A stretch of DNA of 64,000 nt from Brevundimonas vancanneytii (GTDB lineage: Bacteria; Pseudomonadota; Alphaproteobacteria; Caulobacterales; Caulobacteraceae). The DNA lies in NCBI GenBank assembly GCA_943372125.1, contig CALRXI020000004.1:1242-65241 (forward strand). The letters are read 5' to 3'. A model generated the notes under the pieces. The model saw only the letters and a program-made list of their open reading frames with translations, was not told where the DNA came from and did not search any database. How positions within the stretch are numbered: position 1 is the first letter of the stretch; every line of letters starts with the position of its first letter. The translations under genes and the position numbers were made by a program. Positions 1 through 10,181 of this stretch are shown here, one piece after another.

Positions 1-1
1 A

Positions 2-406
2 AAGTCGGACAAGGGCTGGGGTATCGGCCTGCACCGCTATCAGGTCACGGCCACCGAGGACTGGATGCACCCGCGGGCCGCGTCGGTCGCCATCCCCGTC
101 TCGCATCAGGATCAGGTGGTGGCCCCGCCGCCGGACGCGCGCATCATCGCCGCCTCGGACTTTACCCCCTATGCCGGGCTGGCCTGGGACGACGCCGTCA
201 GCTTCCAGTGCCACCCGGAATTTCAGCCCGACTATGCCGCCGCCCTGATCGAGACGCGGCGCGGGCATCGCATCCCCGAAGCCTTGGCTGTCCAGGCGCT
301 GAAGACCCTGAAGCAGCCGAATGACCGCGCGATCATGACCGCCTGGATCCGGGCCTTCCTGCTGCTGACGCCGCCACCCGTCGAAGCCGGGGGCTCAGGC
401 ATCTAG
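2..406 (+). CDS. Type 1 glutamine amidotransferase family protein, 5'-truncated by the window edge
   Basis: The frame is open from base 2 ([13 protein letters not shown]...). It has the SHQDQV and FQCHPEF (His-Pro-Glu) motifs of class I GATases. Confidence 0.85.
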   Translation, partial: KSDKGWGIGLHRYQVTATEDWMHPRAASVAIPVSHQDQVVAPPPDARIIAASDFTPYAGLAWDDAVSFQCHPEFQPDYAAALIETRRGHRIPEALAVQALKTLKQPNDRAIMTAWIRAFLLLTPPPVEAGGSGI

Positions 407-1290
407 GGCCATTTCACCACGGGGGGCATGGAGCTGAGGATCGAGTCGACATTGCCGCCGGTCTTCAGGCCAAACATGGTGCCGCGGTCGTACAGCAGGT
501 TGAACTCGACATAGCGGCCCCGGCGGATCAGCTGTTCCTCACGCTCCTCGGGCGTCCAGGGCTCGACCATGCGGCGGGCGACGATTTCGGAATAGGCGAA
601 CAGGAAGGCCTCACCGACATCGCGGGTGAAGGCGAAGTCGCGGGCGTAGTCGCCGCTGTCATGGTGGTCGTAGAAGATGCCGCCGGTGCCGCGCGGCTCG
701 TTGCGGTGCGCCAGCCAGAAATAGTCGTCGCACCACTGTTTGAACTTCGCATGCCAGTCGGGGTCGTGGGCGTCGCAGGCCGACTTCATGGCGGCGTGAA
801 AACCGAGGGTGTCCTTGGCCTCCGGGTGGCGATCCACGTCCAGCACCGGCGTCAGGTCCGCCCCGCCGCCAAACCAGCTCTGGGTCGTCGAGATGAAGCG
901 GGTGTTCATGTGCACGGCCGGTATGCGCGGGCTGACCGGATGGGCGATCAGGCTGATTCCGGTCGCATAGAAGCGCGGGTCCTCGGCGGCACCGGGCACG
1001 GACCTGGCATAGTCGGCGGGAAAGGTGCCGTGAACGGTCGAGCAATGCACCCCGACCTTTTCGAACAGCCGCCCATGCATCATGCCCATGACGCCGCCGC
1101 CGCCCTCGGGCCGCTGCCAGGGCGTGCGCACGAACCGGCCGGCCTCGCCGGAGAAGAGCTCCGCCGGCGCCTGATCCTCCAGCGCCTCGAAGGCCAGATG
1201 AATGCGGTCGCGCAGGGCCTCGAACCAGGCGCGGGTCTCGGCCTGTTTCAGCAGCAGGGGATCGGTATCGGTCGGAAAGGCGTGGCTCAT
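403..1290 (-). CDS. hemF: Oxygen-dependent coproporphyrinogen III oxidase
   Basis: Motifs [37 protein letters not shown]. Confidence 0.97.
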   Translation of the reverse strand: MSHAFPTDTDPLLLKQAETRAWFEALRDRIHLAFEALEDQAPAELFSGEAGRFVRTPWQRPEGGGGVMGMMHGRLFEKVGVHCSTVHGTFPADYARSVPGAAEDPRFYATGISLIAHPVSPRIPAVHMNTRFISTTQSWFGGGADLTPVLDVDRHPEAKDTLGFHAAMKSACDAHDPDWHAKFKQWCDDYFWLAHRNEPRGTGGIFYDHHDSGDYARDFAFTRDVGEAFLFAYSEIVARRMVEPWTPEEREEQLIRRGRYVEFNLLYDRGTMFGLKTGGNVDSILSSMPPVVKWP

Positions 1291-1359
1291 GGCGGCGACT
1301 AATCACACTGGCACGGGCATCGCCAGTGGTGATCGCGTCGCTGTCCGGTTCGACAGCGG

Positions 1360-2220
1360 TCAGGTCAGAAGCGTGCGCCTGTAACGTCCGGGCGTAAAGC
1401 CTGTCGCCTGTCGAAAGGCTTCGGTTAAATGTGCCTGACTGGCGAAACCGAGTTCCAGCGCGGTGTCCGCCAGCGAGGTCGACCGGTCCGCCAGCATTGT
1501 CCGCGCCCGCTCTATGCGTCGCTGGATCAACCAGGCGTGGGGCGAACAGCCGAAGGTCGCGGCGAACTGACGACGAAAGGTTCGTACCGGCAGGCTGAGC
1601 TCGTCCGCCAGAGCCGGGACATCGACATCCGTCCGTTCCGCACGGGCGGTGAGCCGTGCCTGCTGCCGTGCGCTGAGCCGGATGCCGGGCTGGCGATCGG
1701 GCAACCGTCCGGACAGCGTCAGCAGAAGTTTCTCCGACAGGGCGTCGATCAGCAGATCGCGGCCGAAATCCTGACGACCCGCTGTACGCCAGAGACCCAT
1801 GGCGGTCTTTCGGGCCATGGGCTGGTCCAGATAGTCGTCATGCAACCGCCCAAAGTCCCGGGGCACCAGGACATCGGGGGCCAATCTCTCTGCCAGGGCC
1901 GAGTAGGGCAGGCAGACGATCAGCGCCCGGCTGGGGCCATCGACCTCGAAACGTCCCCGGGCACCGATGGGGGTCAGGCCAAGTGTGCCCGGTCGCCGAT
2001 AGCTGGATCGATTGGGCTTGGCCCCATCCCAGGCCCAAGTCGCGCCGCCGGTGCCGCCCAGGATCAGGCCCATCACCAGTTCGTCCGTAGGCGGGTCCAG
2101 CGCCTCGTGCGCGGGGGAGGCCAGATGGATCAGGCGCGTCGAGACACTGCCGCCGCCACGTCGTTCATGGCGACAGGCCGCAAGAGGGCTGGTCTGAAAA
2201 TGGGCGTCGAAGGTGGACAG
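1360..2220 (-). CDS. AraC family transcriptional regulator, probable CTG start
   Basis: C-terminal AraC HTH (LADTALELGFASQAHLTEAFRQATGFTPGRYR). The frame stays open upstream of the ORF-track start at 2076. AGGAGG lies 5 nt before a CTG at 2220. Confidence 0.85.
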   Translation of the reverse strand: MSTFDAHFQTSPLAACRHERRGGGSVSTRLIHLASPAHEALDPPTDELVMGLILGGTGGATWAWDGAKPNRSSYRRPGTLGLTPIGARGRFEVDGPSRALIVCLPYSALAERLAPDVLVPRDFGRLHDDYLDQPMARKTAMGLWRTAGRQDFGRDLLIDALSEKLLLTLSGRLPDRQPGIRLSARQQARLTARAERTDVDVPALADELSLPVRTFRRQFAATFGCSPHAWLIQRRIERARTMLADRSTSLADTALELGFASQAHLTEAFRQATGFTPGRYRRTLLT

Positions 2221-2396
2221 GGCGTCCTCCTGTGGTGGCCGATTTCTGAAAGACTGCCGAGGACGCGGACCCGATACTGTCGATCAAGTCACCACGAAGA
2301 GGCAGGGCGAGCAATGGCGACGCTTGTCGCAGGTAGCCTGGGCGTGGCGGACCATCCAGACGTCTTCACGCGGGCAATGTTCATCGGAGGGTGACA

Positions 2397-3710
2397 ATGG
2401 GCGACGAGACCTTGGCGATAGAGCCGCAGACGGCAGCCTATCTGGCGGCTTTCGCAGCGATGCCGCCGCGCGAAAACCAGACGATCGACGACCTTCGCGC
2501 GGGCTACAAGGACGAACTCGTGCGATCCGCGGGCGCGCCCGACCCGGCGGTGGCGTGGCGTCCCCTGACCGTTCCGGGCGCGGCCGGAGACATGGCGGCG
2601 CGGCTGTATGTGCCGCTGACGGCCGATCATGGTGGTCCATTGATCCTGTATGTTCATGGCGGTGGTTTCGCCGTCGGCGATCTGGAAAGCCACGACGGCC
2701 TGGCCCGCCTGATCGCGGGGGCCAGCGGGCTCAAGGTCATGACCATCGACTATCGCCGCGCGCCAGAGAGCCCCTTCCCGGCTGCGCGAGACGACGTCCT
2801 GGCCGCCTTCCGCTGGGTCACTCAGAACTCCGGGGCGCTGGACATCGATCCGTCGCGTATCGTTCTGGCTGGGGAGAGCGCAGGCGCGGCTCATGCGGTG
2901 GCCAGTGCCCTGGTCTTGCGCGGCGAGGCCGTCACGCCGCGCGCGGTCTGGGTCATGTCGCCGGCGCTGGACGCGACCTGTTCCGGCGATAGCTACCAGA
3001 CCTTCGCCACGGGCGCGGGGCGGACGGCCGCGGAATTTGCCTATCTGTGGTCGCTCTATGCGCCGGATGCCGCGATCCACTCCGACCCCGAAGTCTCCCC
3101 GGGACTGGCCGATCCGACGGGTTTGCCGGCGCTTTACATCTACACGTCGGAGTTCGATCCGGCCCGGTCGGACGGAGAGGCCTTCGCCGACAAGGCGCGG
3201 GCGGCAGGGGTCCCTGTCGTGGCGCGTCGCAGGGCGGGATTGATCCATCAGCACCCCGAGATCACCGGCGTCTCCGAAGCCAGTCGTGCGGCGGTCGTCG
3301 GTGCGGCCCGTGAGGTCGCCGCCGATCTGCTGGTGTCACCCTCGACAACGCCGGATATCATACTGAAGCCCGAGGACATCGACTTCCAGCCGTTCAACAT
3401 TCCCGGCTTTTCCGGCGACACGCGCGCGGCCTTTGCCAATGTTGACACGACCCGCGCGCCCTTCATCGCCTTGCTCAAGATGGCGCCCGGTGCCGTGCTG
3501 AAGCGGCACTTTCACCCACGCGCGATGGAGGCCGTTCACGTGATGGAGGGCACCATGATCAATGACGGCGAGCCACTGCCCGCCGGCTCTTTCCTGATCC
3601 ACGGTCCGGGCGTCTGGCACGGTCCGCATGTCGCCCCCGAGGGCGGCTGCACCCTGATGTTCATTCAGTATCCGGGGGTCGGCCCGGACGACAGCGTCTT
3701 TATCGACTGA
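2397..3710 (+). CDS. Hormone-sensitive-lipase family alpha/beta hydrolase fused to a C-terminal ChrR-like cupin domain
   Basis: HGGGF oxyanion motif, GESAG nucleophile elbow, and FDP Asp and GLIH His. The C-terminal part has HFHPRAMEAVHV...HGPGVWHGPH cupin motifs. GGAGG precedes ATG 2397. Confidence 0.85.
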   Translation: MGDETLAIEPQTAAYLAAFAAMPPRENQTIDDLRAGYKDELVRSAGAPDPAVAWRPLTVPGAAGDMAARLYVPLTADHGGPLILYVHGGGFAVGDLESHDGLARLIAGASGLKVMTIDYRRAPESPFPAARDDVLAAFRWVTQNSGALDIDPSRIVLAGESAGAAHAVASALVLRGEAVTPRAVWVMSPALDATCSGDSYQTFATGAGRTAAEFAYLWSLYAPDAAIHSDPEVSPGLADPTGLPALYIYTSEFDPARSDGEAFADKARAAGVPVVARRRAGLIHQHPEITGVSEASRAAVVGAAREVAADLLVSPSTTPDIILKPEDIDFQPFNIPGFSGDTRAAFANVDTTRAPFIALLKMAPGAVLKRHFHPRAMEAVHVMEGTMINDGEPLPAGSFLIHGPGVWHGPHVAPEGGCTLMFIQYPGVGPDDSVFID

Positions 3711-3743
3711 GCGAAACGCTTCGCCCGTCGCAGGAAGCGATCC

Positions 3744-4055
3744 ATGAAGTTCATTGCTCTTCTTACACCGCGGCCCGGCAGGCGGCAGGATCAGTTCCTG
3801 CGTCTGAGCGTCGACGAAGAACGGCGGGTCTGGCAGCTCTATACCCGTGACGTGATCCGTCAGATGTATTTTCAGCCCGAACCCCTGCGCGTGTCCCTTG
3901 AGTTCGAGGCGGACAGCTCCGAGGCCGTGCATGAACATCTCGCCAGTCTGCCGATGGTCGAGGCCGATCTGTTCCACATAGATGTCGTGCGATTGGGGCC
4001 GTGGCTTCCGCTGACCGCCTTGTTCGGGACCGAGGCCTCGCCCAGCCCATCCTAG
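3744..4055 (+). CDS. Muconolactone delta-isomerase-like / dimeric alpha-beta barrel protein
   Basis: Pattern EERRVWQLY...IRQMYF...EAVHEHLASLPMVEADLFHIDVVRLGPW resembles the MIase/YciI-like fold. AGGA RBS present. Confidence 0.65.
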   Translation: MKFIALLTPRPGRRQDQFLRLSVDEERRVWQLYTRDVIRQMYFQPEPLRVSLEFEADSSEAVHEHLASLPMVEADLFHIDVVRLGPWLPLTALFGTEASPSPS

Positions 4056-4495
4056 GGCCTGATCTGGCGCACCATTTCCCAGCAAGCGATGCCGGCGCTG
4101 ACGGCCAGGTTCAGCGAACGCGCGCCGGCTTGCAGCGGGATCACGACGCGCGCATCAGCGGCGGCATGGACGTGGTCCGGTGCGCCCGATGGTTCCGACC
4201 CGAACAGCAGAGTGTCATCGGGTTTAAACGCGAACTCCGTCAGCGGGGTCGCGCCCTTGGTGGTGAACAGGACGAGCCGGCCTGGCAAAGGGCTAGCCCG
4301 GAATGCGTCCCAGTCCGCATGGCGGGTCAGGTGGCTGAGCGGGCCGTAATCCAGGGCCGCGCGCTTCATGGCGCGGTCGTCGAAATGGAAGCCCGTCGGC
4401 TCGATCACATGCAGGTCCACGCCGAAACAGGCGCTCAGACGGATGCACGCGCCGACGTTCTGTGGAATGGCCGGTTGAAAAAGGGCGAGACGCAT
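4052..4495 (-). CDS. trmL: tRNA (cytidine(34)-2'-O)-methyltransferase, SPOUT family
   Basis: MRLALFQPAIPQNVG, RAALDY, LLFGSE, RSLNLAVS. Start placed at ATG 4495, not the longer ORF-track start. Confidence 0.92.
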   Translation of the reverse strand: MRLALFQPAIPQNVGACIRLSACFGVDLHVIEPTGFHFDDRAMKRAALDYGPLSHLTRHADWDAFRASPLPGRLVLFTTKGATPLTEFAFKPDDTLLFGSEPSGAPDHVHAAADARVVIPLQAGARSLNLAVSAGIACWEMVRQIRP

Positions 4496-4691
4496 TCTAA
4501 GGCCCTCTTTACGCGTGGCCCGGGGGCTTGTCGCGGTCTTAATTGCGACTGTTTCGCAAGTGGCGTCAGCAACTTGCGTCGATGAGCCGCAAAACCAGAC
4601 CGGGTCAGGCCGAGGGTTTTTCGCTAAAGCGTTCATGCCGCAAAGACGCCGTCGCAGGACGCGCCTGAGAGCGGCGTATGAGGAGTATGAC

Positions 4692-5231
4692 GTGGCCGAA
4701 TCGGTCGTGACTGAAAACAACGAAGGTGGCGAGGCCACCCGTCGGGACTTCATCCATATCGCGGCGGGCGCCGCGGCGGTGGGGGCCGGGGCCATGGTGG
4801 CCTGGCCGCTGATCAATTCGATGAACCCGGCCGCCGACACCCTGGCGCTGTCGACCATCGAATTCGACCTGACCAAGGTTCAGGAAGGCCAGCAGGTCGT
4901 CATCAAATGGCAGGGCAAGCCGGTGTTCGTGCGCTTCCGCACCCCGGCCGAACTGCAGCGCGTCGTCAGCGAGGGCGCCGTCGGCAGCCCGGCGCAGACC
5001 GACGTCGAGCGCACCAAGGCCGGTCACGAGAAATATCTGGTGGTCATCGGCTCCTGCACCCACCTGGGTTGCGTGCCGACCTTCAATGCCGGGGATTACG
5101 GCGGCTGGTTCTGCCCGTGCCACGGCTCGCACTACGATGCGTCCGGACGTATCCGCAAAGGTCCGGCCCCGTTGAACCTCGTCGTGCCGGAGTACCAGTA
5201 CGTGTCCGACACCCGCGTGCAGATCGGTTGA
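4692..5231 (+). CDS. petA: Ubiquinol-cytochrome c reductase Rieske iron-sulfur subunit
   Basis: Tat motif TRRDF, then CTHLGC and CPCHGS. GAGGAG RBS before GTG 4692. Confidence 0.96.
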   Translation: MAESVVTENNEGGEATRRDFIHIAAGAAAVGAGAMVAWPLINSMNPAADTLALSTIEFDLTKVQEGQQVVIKWQGKPVFVRFRTPAELQRVVSEGAVGSPAQTDVERTKAGHEKYLVVIGSCTHLGCVPTFNAGDYGGWFCPCHGSHYDASGRIRKGPAPLNLVVPEYQYVSDTRVQIG

Positions 5232-5244
5232 TTAGGTCAGAAGC

Positions 5245-6573
5245 ATGAGCGATCACGAATCCACCTACGTCCCCAAGACCGCCATCGAGCGGTGGATGGA
5301 CACCCGCCTGCCGATCATCCGCTTCGGGGCCGACTATATGTCGCTGCCGACGCCGAAGAACCTGAACTACTGGTACACCTTCGGGGCCATCCTGGCCCTG
5401 TGCCTGGTCGTGCAGATCGCCTCGGGCATCTTCCTGGCCATGCACTATGTGCCCAATACCGAAATGGCCTTCGCCTCGGTCGAGCGCATCATGCGCGACG
5501 TCAACGGCGGCGACCTGATCCGCTACACCCACGCCAACGGAGCCTCGATGTTCTTCATCGCGGTCTACATCCACATGCTGCGCGGCCTCTACTACGGCTC
5601 ATATAAAGCGCCGCGCGAGATGATCTGGATCATGGGCTGCGTGATCTTCTTCCTGATGATCGCGACCGCCTTCCTGGGCTACGTCCTGCCCTGGGGCCAG
5701 ATGTCCTTCTGGGGCGCCGAGGTGATCACCAATCTGATCGGGGCCATCCCGGTCATCGGCGAGCCCGTGCTGATCTGGCTGCGCGGCGGCCCGGCGATCG
5801 ACAATGCGACGCTGAACCGCTTCTTCTCGCTGCACTATCTGCTGCCGTTCGTGATCGCGGGCTGTGTGGTCCTGCACCTGTGGGCCCTGCACCACGCCGG
5901 TCAGAACAACCCCGTCGGCATCCTGATCCCCAAGGATCGCGCCAAGAAGGACATGCTGCCCTTCCACCCGTACTATACGGTCAAGGACGGCTTCGCGATC
6001 ATCCTGTTCCTGATCCTGTTCGCCTTCTTCGTCTTCTTCATGCCCAACGCCCTGGGTCATGCGGACAACTACATTCCCGCCAACCCGCTGGTGACGCCGG
6101 CGCACATCGTGCCCGAGTGGTACATGCTGCCCTTCTACGCCATCCTGCGGGCGGTGCCGGACAAGTTCGGCGGCGTGGTCGCCATGTTCGCGGCCATCGG
6201 CGTGCTGTTCGTCCTGCCCTGGCTGGACACGTCCAAGGTGCGGTCGATGCGCTATCGCCCGACGATGCGAACCTTCTTCGTCATCTTCGTGATCGTGGGT
6301 CTGGGCCTGGGCTGGTGCGGAGGTCAGCTGCCTGACGCGCCCGTCATCGGCTCGTTCAAGACCTTCACCCTGATCGATGGTGACCTGAACTCCTACCTGT
6401 GGCTGACGCGTTTCCTGACGCTGTACTACTTCGCCTTCTTCCTGGTGATCATGCCGCTGGTGGGTCTGCGTGAGACACCGCGCCGGATCCCTGCGACCAT
6501 CTCCGAACCGGTCCTGGGCACCAGCGACGCCATGAGCGGGGCCGTTCCCGCCTCGGCCGAGAAGAAGGGCTGA
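5245..6573 (+). CDS. petB: Cytochrome b
   Basis: [27 protein letters not shown]. Confidence 0.98.
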   Translation: MSDHESTYVPKTAIERWMDTRLPIIRFGADYMSLPTPKNLNYWYTFGAILALCLVVQIASGIFLAMHYVPNTEMAFASVERIMRDVNGGDLIRYTHANGASMFFIAVYIHMLRGLYYGSYKAPREMIWIMGCVIFFLMIATAFLGYVLPWGQMSFWGAEVITNLIGAIPVIGEPVLIWLRGGPAIDNATLNRFFSLHYLLPFVIAGCVVLHLWALHHAGQNNPVGILIPKDRAKKDMLPFHPYYTVKDGFAIILFLILFAFFVFFMPNALGHADNYIPANPLVTPAHIVPEWYMLPFYAILRAVPDKFGGVVAMFAAIGVLFVLPWLDTSKVRSMRYRPTMRTFFVIFVIVGLGLGWCGGQLPDAPVIGSFKTFTLIDGDLNSYLWLTRFLTLYYFAFFLVIMPLVGLRETPRRIPATISEPVLGTSDAMSGAVPASAEKKG

Positions 6574-6581
6574 TCGCGACC

Positions 6582-7448
6582 ATGAGCCTGAAGACGAACA
6601 CCATGAAGAAGACCCTGGTCATGATCGCCGCCGCTGCCGGCCTGGCCCTGGCGGCCTCGCCCGCCCTGGCCGCCGGCGAGGCCAAACACCCGCGCTCGGG
6701 CGGGTTCTCGTTCGAGGGGCCGTTCGGTTCCTTCGACCAGGGCCAGCTGCAGCGCGGTTACAAGGTTTACCGGGAGGTCTGCTCGGCCTGCCACGGCATG
6801 AACCTGATGTATTTCCGGACCTTGGCCGAGCCGGGTGGTCCGTTCTACGACTCTCATCAGGAAAACCCTGCCGCCAACCGCTTCGTGAAGGTGCTGGCCG
6901 CCGAGGTTCAGGTTCCGGACATCGATTCGGAAACCGGTGAGCCCATCATGCGCGACGGCGTCGCCGCCGACCGCTTCCCCAGCCCCTATCCGAACGCTGT
7001 GGCCGCCGCCGCCGCCAACGGGGGTGCCGCCCCGCCCGACCTGTCGGTCATGGCCAAGGCGCGTCACGATGGCGCCAACTACATCTATTCCCTGCTGTCG
7101 GGCTACAAGCCGGCTCCGGCAGGACTGCAGGTTCTCCCCGGCCAGAACTACAACCCCTACATGGCCGGCGACCTGACGCCGTTCTGGACGGGCGAGGGCC
7201 CCGTGCCCTACGGCGGCTTCATCGCCATGGCCGCGCCTCTGCGTGACGGTCAGGTGACCTATGACGACGGTTCCGCCCAGACGGTGGATCAGTATTCCAA
7301 GGACGTCGCCGCCTATATCGCCTGGGCCTCGGACCCCAAGCAGGTCCAGCGCAAACAGGCCGGCGTGGGCGTGATGGTCTTCCTGTTCCTGTTCGCGGGC
7401 ATCACCTACATGAGCTACCGCCGCATCTGGAAAGGCGTGGCCCACTAA
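6582..7448 (+). CDS. petC: Cytochrome c1 (alternative start 6603)
   Basis: Signal peptide, QLQRGYKVYREVCSACH, PPDLS and a C-terminal membrane anchor. Confidence 0.97.
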   Translation: MSLKTNTMKKTLVMIAAAAGLALAASPALAAGEAKHPRSGGFSFEGPFGSFDQGQLQRGYKVYREVCSACHGMNLMYFRTLAEPGGPFYDSHQENPAANRFVKVLAAEVQVPDIDSETGEPIMRDGVAADRFPSPYPNAVAAAAANGGAAPPDLSVMAKARHDGANYIYSLLSGYKPAPAGLQVLPGQNYNPYMAGDLTPFWTGEGPVPYGGFIAMAAPLRDGQVTYDDGSAQTVDQYSKDVAAYIAWASDPKQVQRKQAGVGVMVFLFLFAGITYMSYRRIWKGVAH

Positions 7449-7471
7449 GAAAGAGCTCTTTGCCAGAGCAC

Positions 7472-7506
7472 AAGCCCGCCGGAGATATCTCCGGCGGGCT
7501 TTTCTT
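7472..7506 (+). terminator. Intrinsic terminator of petABC
   Basis: Stem AAGCCCGCCGGAGA-TA-TCTCCGGCGGGCTT followed by TTCTT. Confidence 0.85.
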
Positions 7507-7545
7507 GAGTAGACTTGCTGAGGAAGAGCGAAGCGCTTTGGCCGC

Positions 7546-8088
7546 TTAACCCCCGGATATGGCCGCCTGCATGGCAGCGAGAGTTGCGGGGTCCATTCGA
7601 GTGGTATGTGTCGCTACCTTCCACACGCCATTCTCTCGTCTCAGCGTGTCCGTGATGACGGCAGTTCCTGCCAGCGTCAGTCCGGCCTGACGCTCGAAAA
7701 CGACCAGATAGTAGGTCACCTTGGCTTGATCGCCCGATCCGCTGATGACCGGGTTGCCCATGACGTGCCGCTTGTTGGTAATGAACGGAGCCGACATCTC
7801 GAGTGACGCCACAATCGCGGCGGCTCCGACCGAGGGCGGGCCAAAGCCGGAGTCTATCACCCCATCGGCGGTGTAAAAACTGGCGTAGAGCGCATAGTCA
7901 TTGGCGTCGATCGCATGATTCATTCGCGCGATGATATCCAGGATGGCGGCCTGATCGCGCGCTTCGATCGCGTTCACTTCGGTAATGTATGATGCGCCGG
8001 GTGCTGGAGTCTGAGTATATGCAGTGTCGGATGCCAGCACAGCGGCGGACACCAGTGATGCGATCAGCGCAGCTTGGCTCAACGACAT
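7546..8088 (-). CDS. Secreted SnoaL-like / NTF2-fold protein
   Basis: Signal peptide; AILDIIARMNHAID...YASFYTADGVI...RHVMGNPVI...DTLRRENGVWKV. Confidence 0.8.
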   Translation of the reverse strand: MSLSQAALIASLVSAAVLASDTAYTQTPAPGASYITEVNAIEARDQAAILDIIARMNHAIDANDYALYASFYTADGVIDSGFGPPSVGAAAIVASLEMSAPFITNKRHVMGNPVISGSGDQAKVTYYLVVFERQAGLTLAGTAVITDTLRRENGVWKVATHTTRMDPATLAAMQAAISGG

Positions 8089-8315
8089 GGGCTGTCTCCA
8101 TCGGCTTCAACCTTGACCATAACAGCTGGCAGTCATCAACGGTATCAAACTGCTGTGACCGGTTCTCGAGTATCCAATCCTTTCGTCGGCACATCCGAAG
8201 CCGCGTAGGTCCGACCCTCGGATGATGTATCTGCGTCCAGAGGCCTGAGGACCAGTCGACACCTGCGGGACGACCTCCTAACGTCATGGTCTTCCTACAG
8301 ACGAAGGTTCCACCA

Positions 8316-9947
8316 ATGCGTTTCCTGACTGCCGTTGCCGCCCTCGCTATCGCCCTGCCTGCTGCGGCTCAGGAGAGTGGCTTTGACACGGCCCGCCTGT
8401 CCGAACACGCCCGCATCCTGTCCGACGACAGCTTTCAGGGGCGCGGCATCGGCACACCGGCCGAGGAGATGGTCGTCCAGTATCTGAGTGAGCAATACGC
8501 CGCCGCCGGCTTTCAGCCTGGTGGTCCGAATGGCCAGTGGACGCAGGACGTGACCCTGAACCGCTTCACCGCCTCCAACATCCAGGCGCAGCTGAAGGTC
8601 GGCGACGACACCATTCCCCTGACCCAGGGCCAGCAGATCGTGGTCTCGACCCGCCTGCCCGGCGACCACGTCATGCTGATGGACACGCCCCTGGTCTTCG
8701 TCGGCTACGGCATCGATGCGCCGGAACGTCAGTGGGACGATTTCAAGGACGTCGACGTGCGCGGCAAGATCCTGGTCGTGCTGGTCAACGACGCCGACTT
8801 CGAACAGCCCGAGCTGGACACCTTTGGCGGTCGGGCCATGACCTATTACGGGCGCTGGACCTACAAATACGAGGAGGCGGCGCGTCAGGGCGCGGCGGGC
8901 GTCATCATCGTGCATGAGACGGCTCCGGCTTCCTATGGCTGGGCGACGGTGACCAACAGCTGGTCCGGGCCTCAGTTCGATATCGTGCGTCAGAATGCGG
9001 CGGCCGAGCGCGTGCCCATGGAGGCCTGGATCCAGCGCGATGTCGCCGTAGACCTGTTCCAGCGCGCCGGTCAGGATTTCGAGGCCCTGAAGGTGGCGGC
9101 GCGCAGCCGCGACTTCCGCCCGGTCGAACTGGAAGGCGCGAGCTTCAGCGGCATGTTCGACGTCGCCACCAGCCAGATCACGACCCGCAACGTCCTGGCC
9201 AGGCTGGAAGGCACGACCCATCCGGACGAGACGATCCTCTATACAGCCCATTGGGACCACATTGGCGTGGGTGCCCCTGATGCCGAGGGCGACACCATCT
9301 TCAATGGCGCGGTCGACAATGCCACCGGCACGGCGGGCCTGCTGGAGATCGCGCGTGCCTTCGGAGCCGGGCCGCGTCCCGAACGCTCCATCGTGATGAT
9401 CAGCTTCACCGCCGAAGAGAGCGGCCTGTTGGGTTCGGAATTCTATGCGTCCAACCCGGTCTATCCGCTGGCCAAGACGGTCGGTGGGTTCAATGCCGAC
9501 GCCATGAACGTCTATGGCCGCACGGCCCGGTACGGCATCACCGGCTATGGCCAGTCGGACTTTGACGAGCGGATCGGCGCGAAGGTCCAGGCACAGGGCC
9601 GCGAGATCCAGCCGGACGCCAATCCGGCCTCGGGCGGCTATTTCCGCTCCGACCACTTCCCGCTGGCCAAGCGCGGCGTGCCCATGACCTATGGCGGCAG
9701 CACGGGCGATTTCCGCGACGAGCCGATCGCCCAGCGCGAGGCGACCCGCTCGGAATACGGCCGCAGCCGCTATCATCAGGCGGCGGACGAATGGTCGGCG
9801 GACTGGGATCTGACCGGTCAGGTCGAGGACCTGCAGGTGCTGTACGAAGTCGGCCTGGACCTGGCCAACAGCCGCGATTGGCCGGCCTGGAAGCCGGGCT
9901 CGGAGTTTGCGCCAGCCCGTGAGGCGACGGCGGCCGAGCGGCAGTAG
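8316..9947 (+). CDS. M28 family metallopeptidase with PA domain, paralog 1
   Basis: Signal peptide; AHWDH, NGAVDNATG, AEESGLLGS, RSDH and YHQ zinc-ligand motifs. Confidence 0.92.
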   Translation: MRFLTAVAALAIALPAAAQESGFDTARLSEHARILSDDSFQGRGIGTPAEEMVVQYLSEQYAAAGFQPGGPNGQWTQDVTLNRFTASNIQAQLKVGDDTIPLTQGQQIVVSTRLPGDHVMLMDTPLVFVGYGIDAPERQWDDFKDVDVRGKILVVLVNDADFEQPELDTFGGRAMTYYGRWTYKYEEAARQGAAGVIIVHETAPASYGWATVTNSWSGPQFDIVRQNAAAERVPMEAWIQRDVAVDLFQRAGQDFEALKVAARSRDFRPVELEGASFSGMFDVATSQITTRNVLARLEGTTHPDETILYTAHWDHIGVGAPDAEGDTIFNGAVDNATGTAGLLEIARAFGAGPRPERSIVMISFTAEESGLLGSEFYASNPVYPLAKTVGGFNADAMNVYGRTARYGITGYGQSDFDERIGAKVQAQGREIQPDANPASGGYFRSDHFPLAKRGVPMTYGGSTGDFRDEPIAQREATRSEYGRSRYHQAADEWSADWDLTGQVEDLQVLYEVGLDLANSRDWPAWKPGSEFAPAREATAAERQ

Positions 9948-9953
9948 CCAAAA

Positions 9954-10099
9954 TCTCCCTCCCCGTCGGGGAGGGCGGTCGCGCAGCGACCGGGTGGGGA
10001 GGACCTGGGCAAGCGGCAAGCGTCGGTGTTTGCCGCGCCGAGCCCCTCCCACCCTGTCGTCGCTTTGCGCCGACATCCCTCCCCCGAGGGGGAGGGAGA
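9954..10099. repeat. About 146-bp palindromic intergenic element (CIR/MITE-like)
   Basis: Terminal inverted repeats TCTCCCTCCCC / GGGGAGGGAGA. Each arm is itself a CCCTCCCC...GGGGAGGG hairpin, with nested inner stems. Confidence 0.8.
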
Positions 10100-10181
10100 G
10101 CGACATGACGAAAACTTAATGGGCCAGAGGGCCGCTGCGCCCGTATGTCCGCACCAGACCTTTTTGGGACGGAGCTTTCCG

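Noticed and set aside
4496-4876. N-terminal extension of trmL and upstream extension of petA in the ORF track
   Set aside because: The extensions overlap each other. Family homology begins at ATG 4495 and GTG 4692, and the petA start has a clear RBS.
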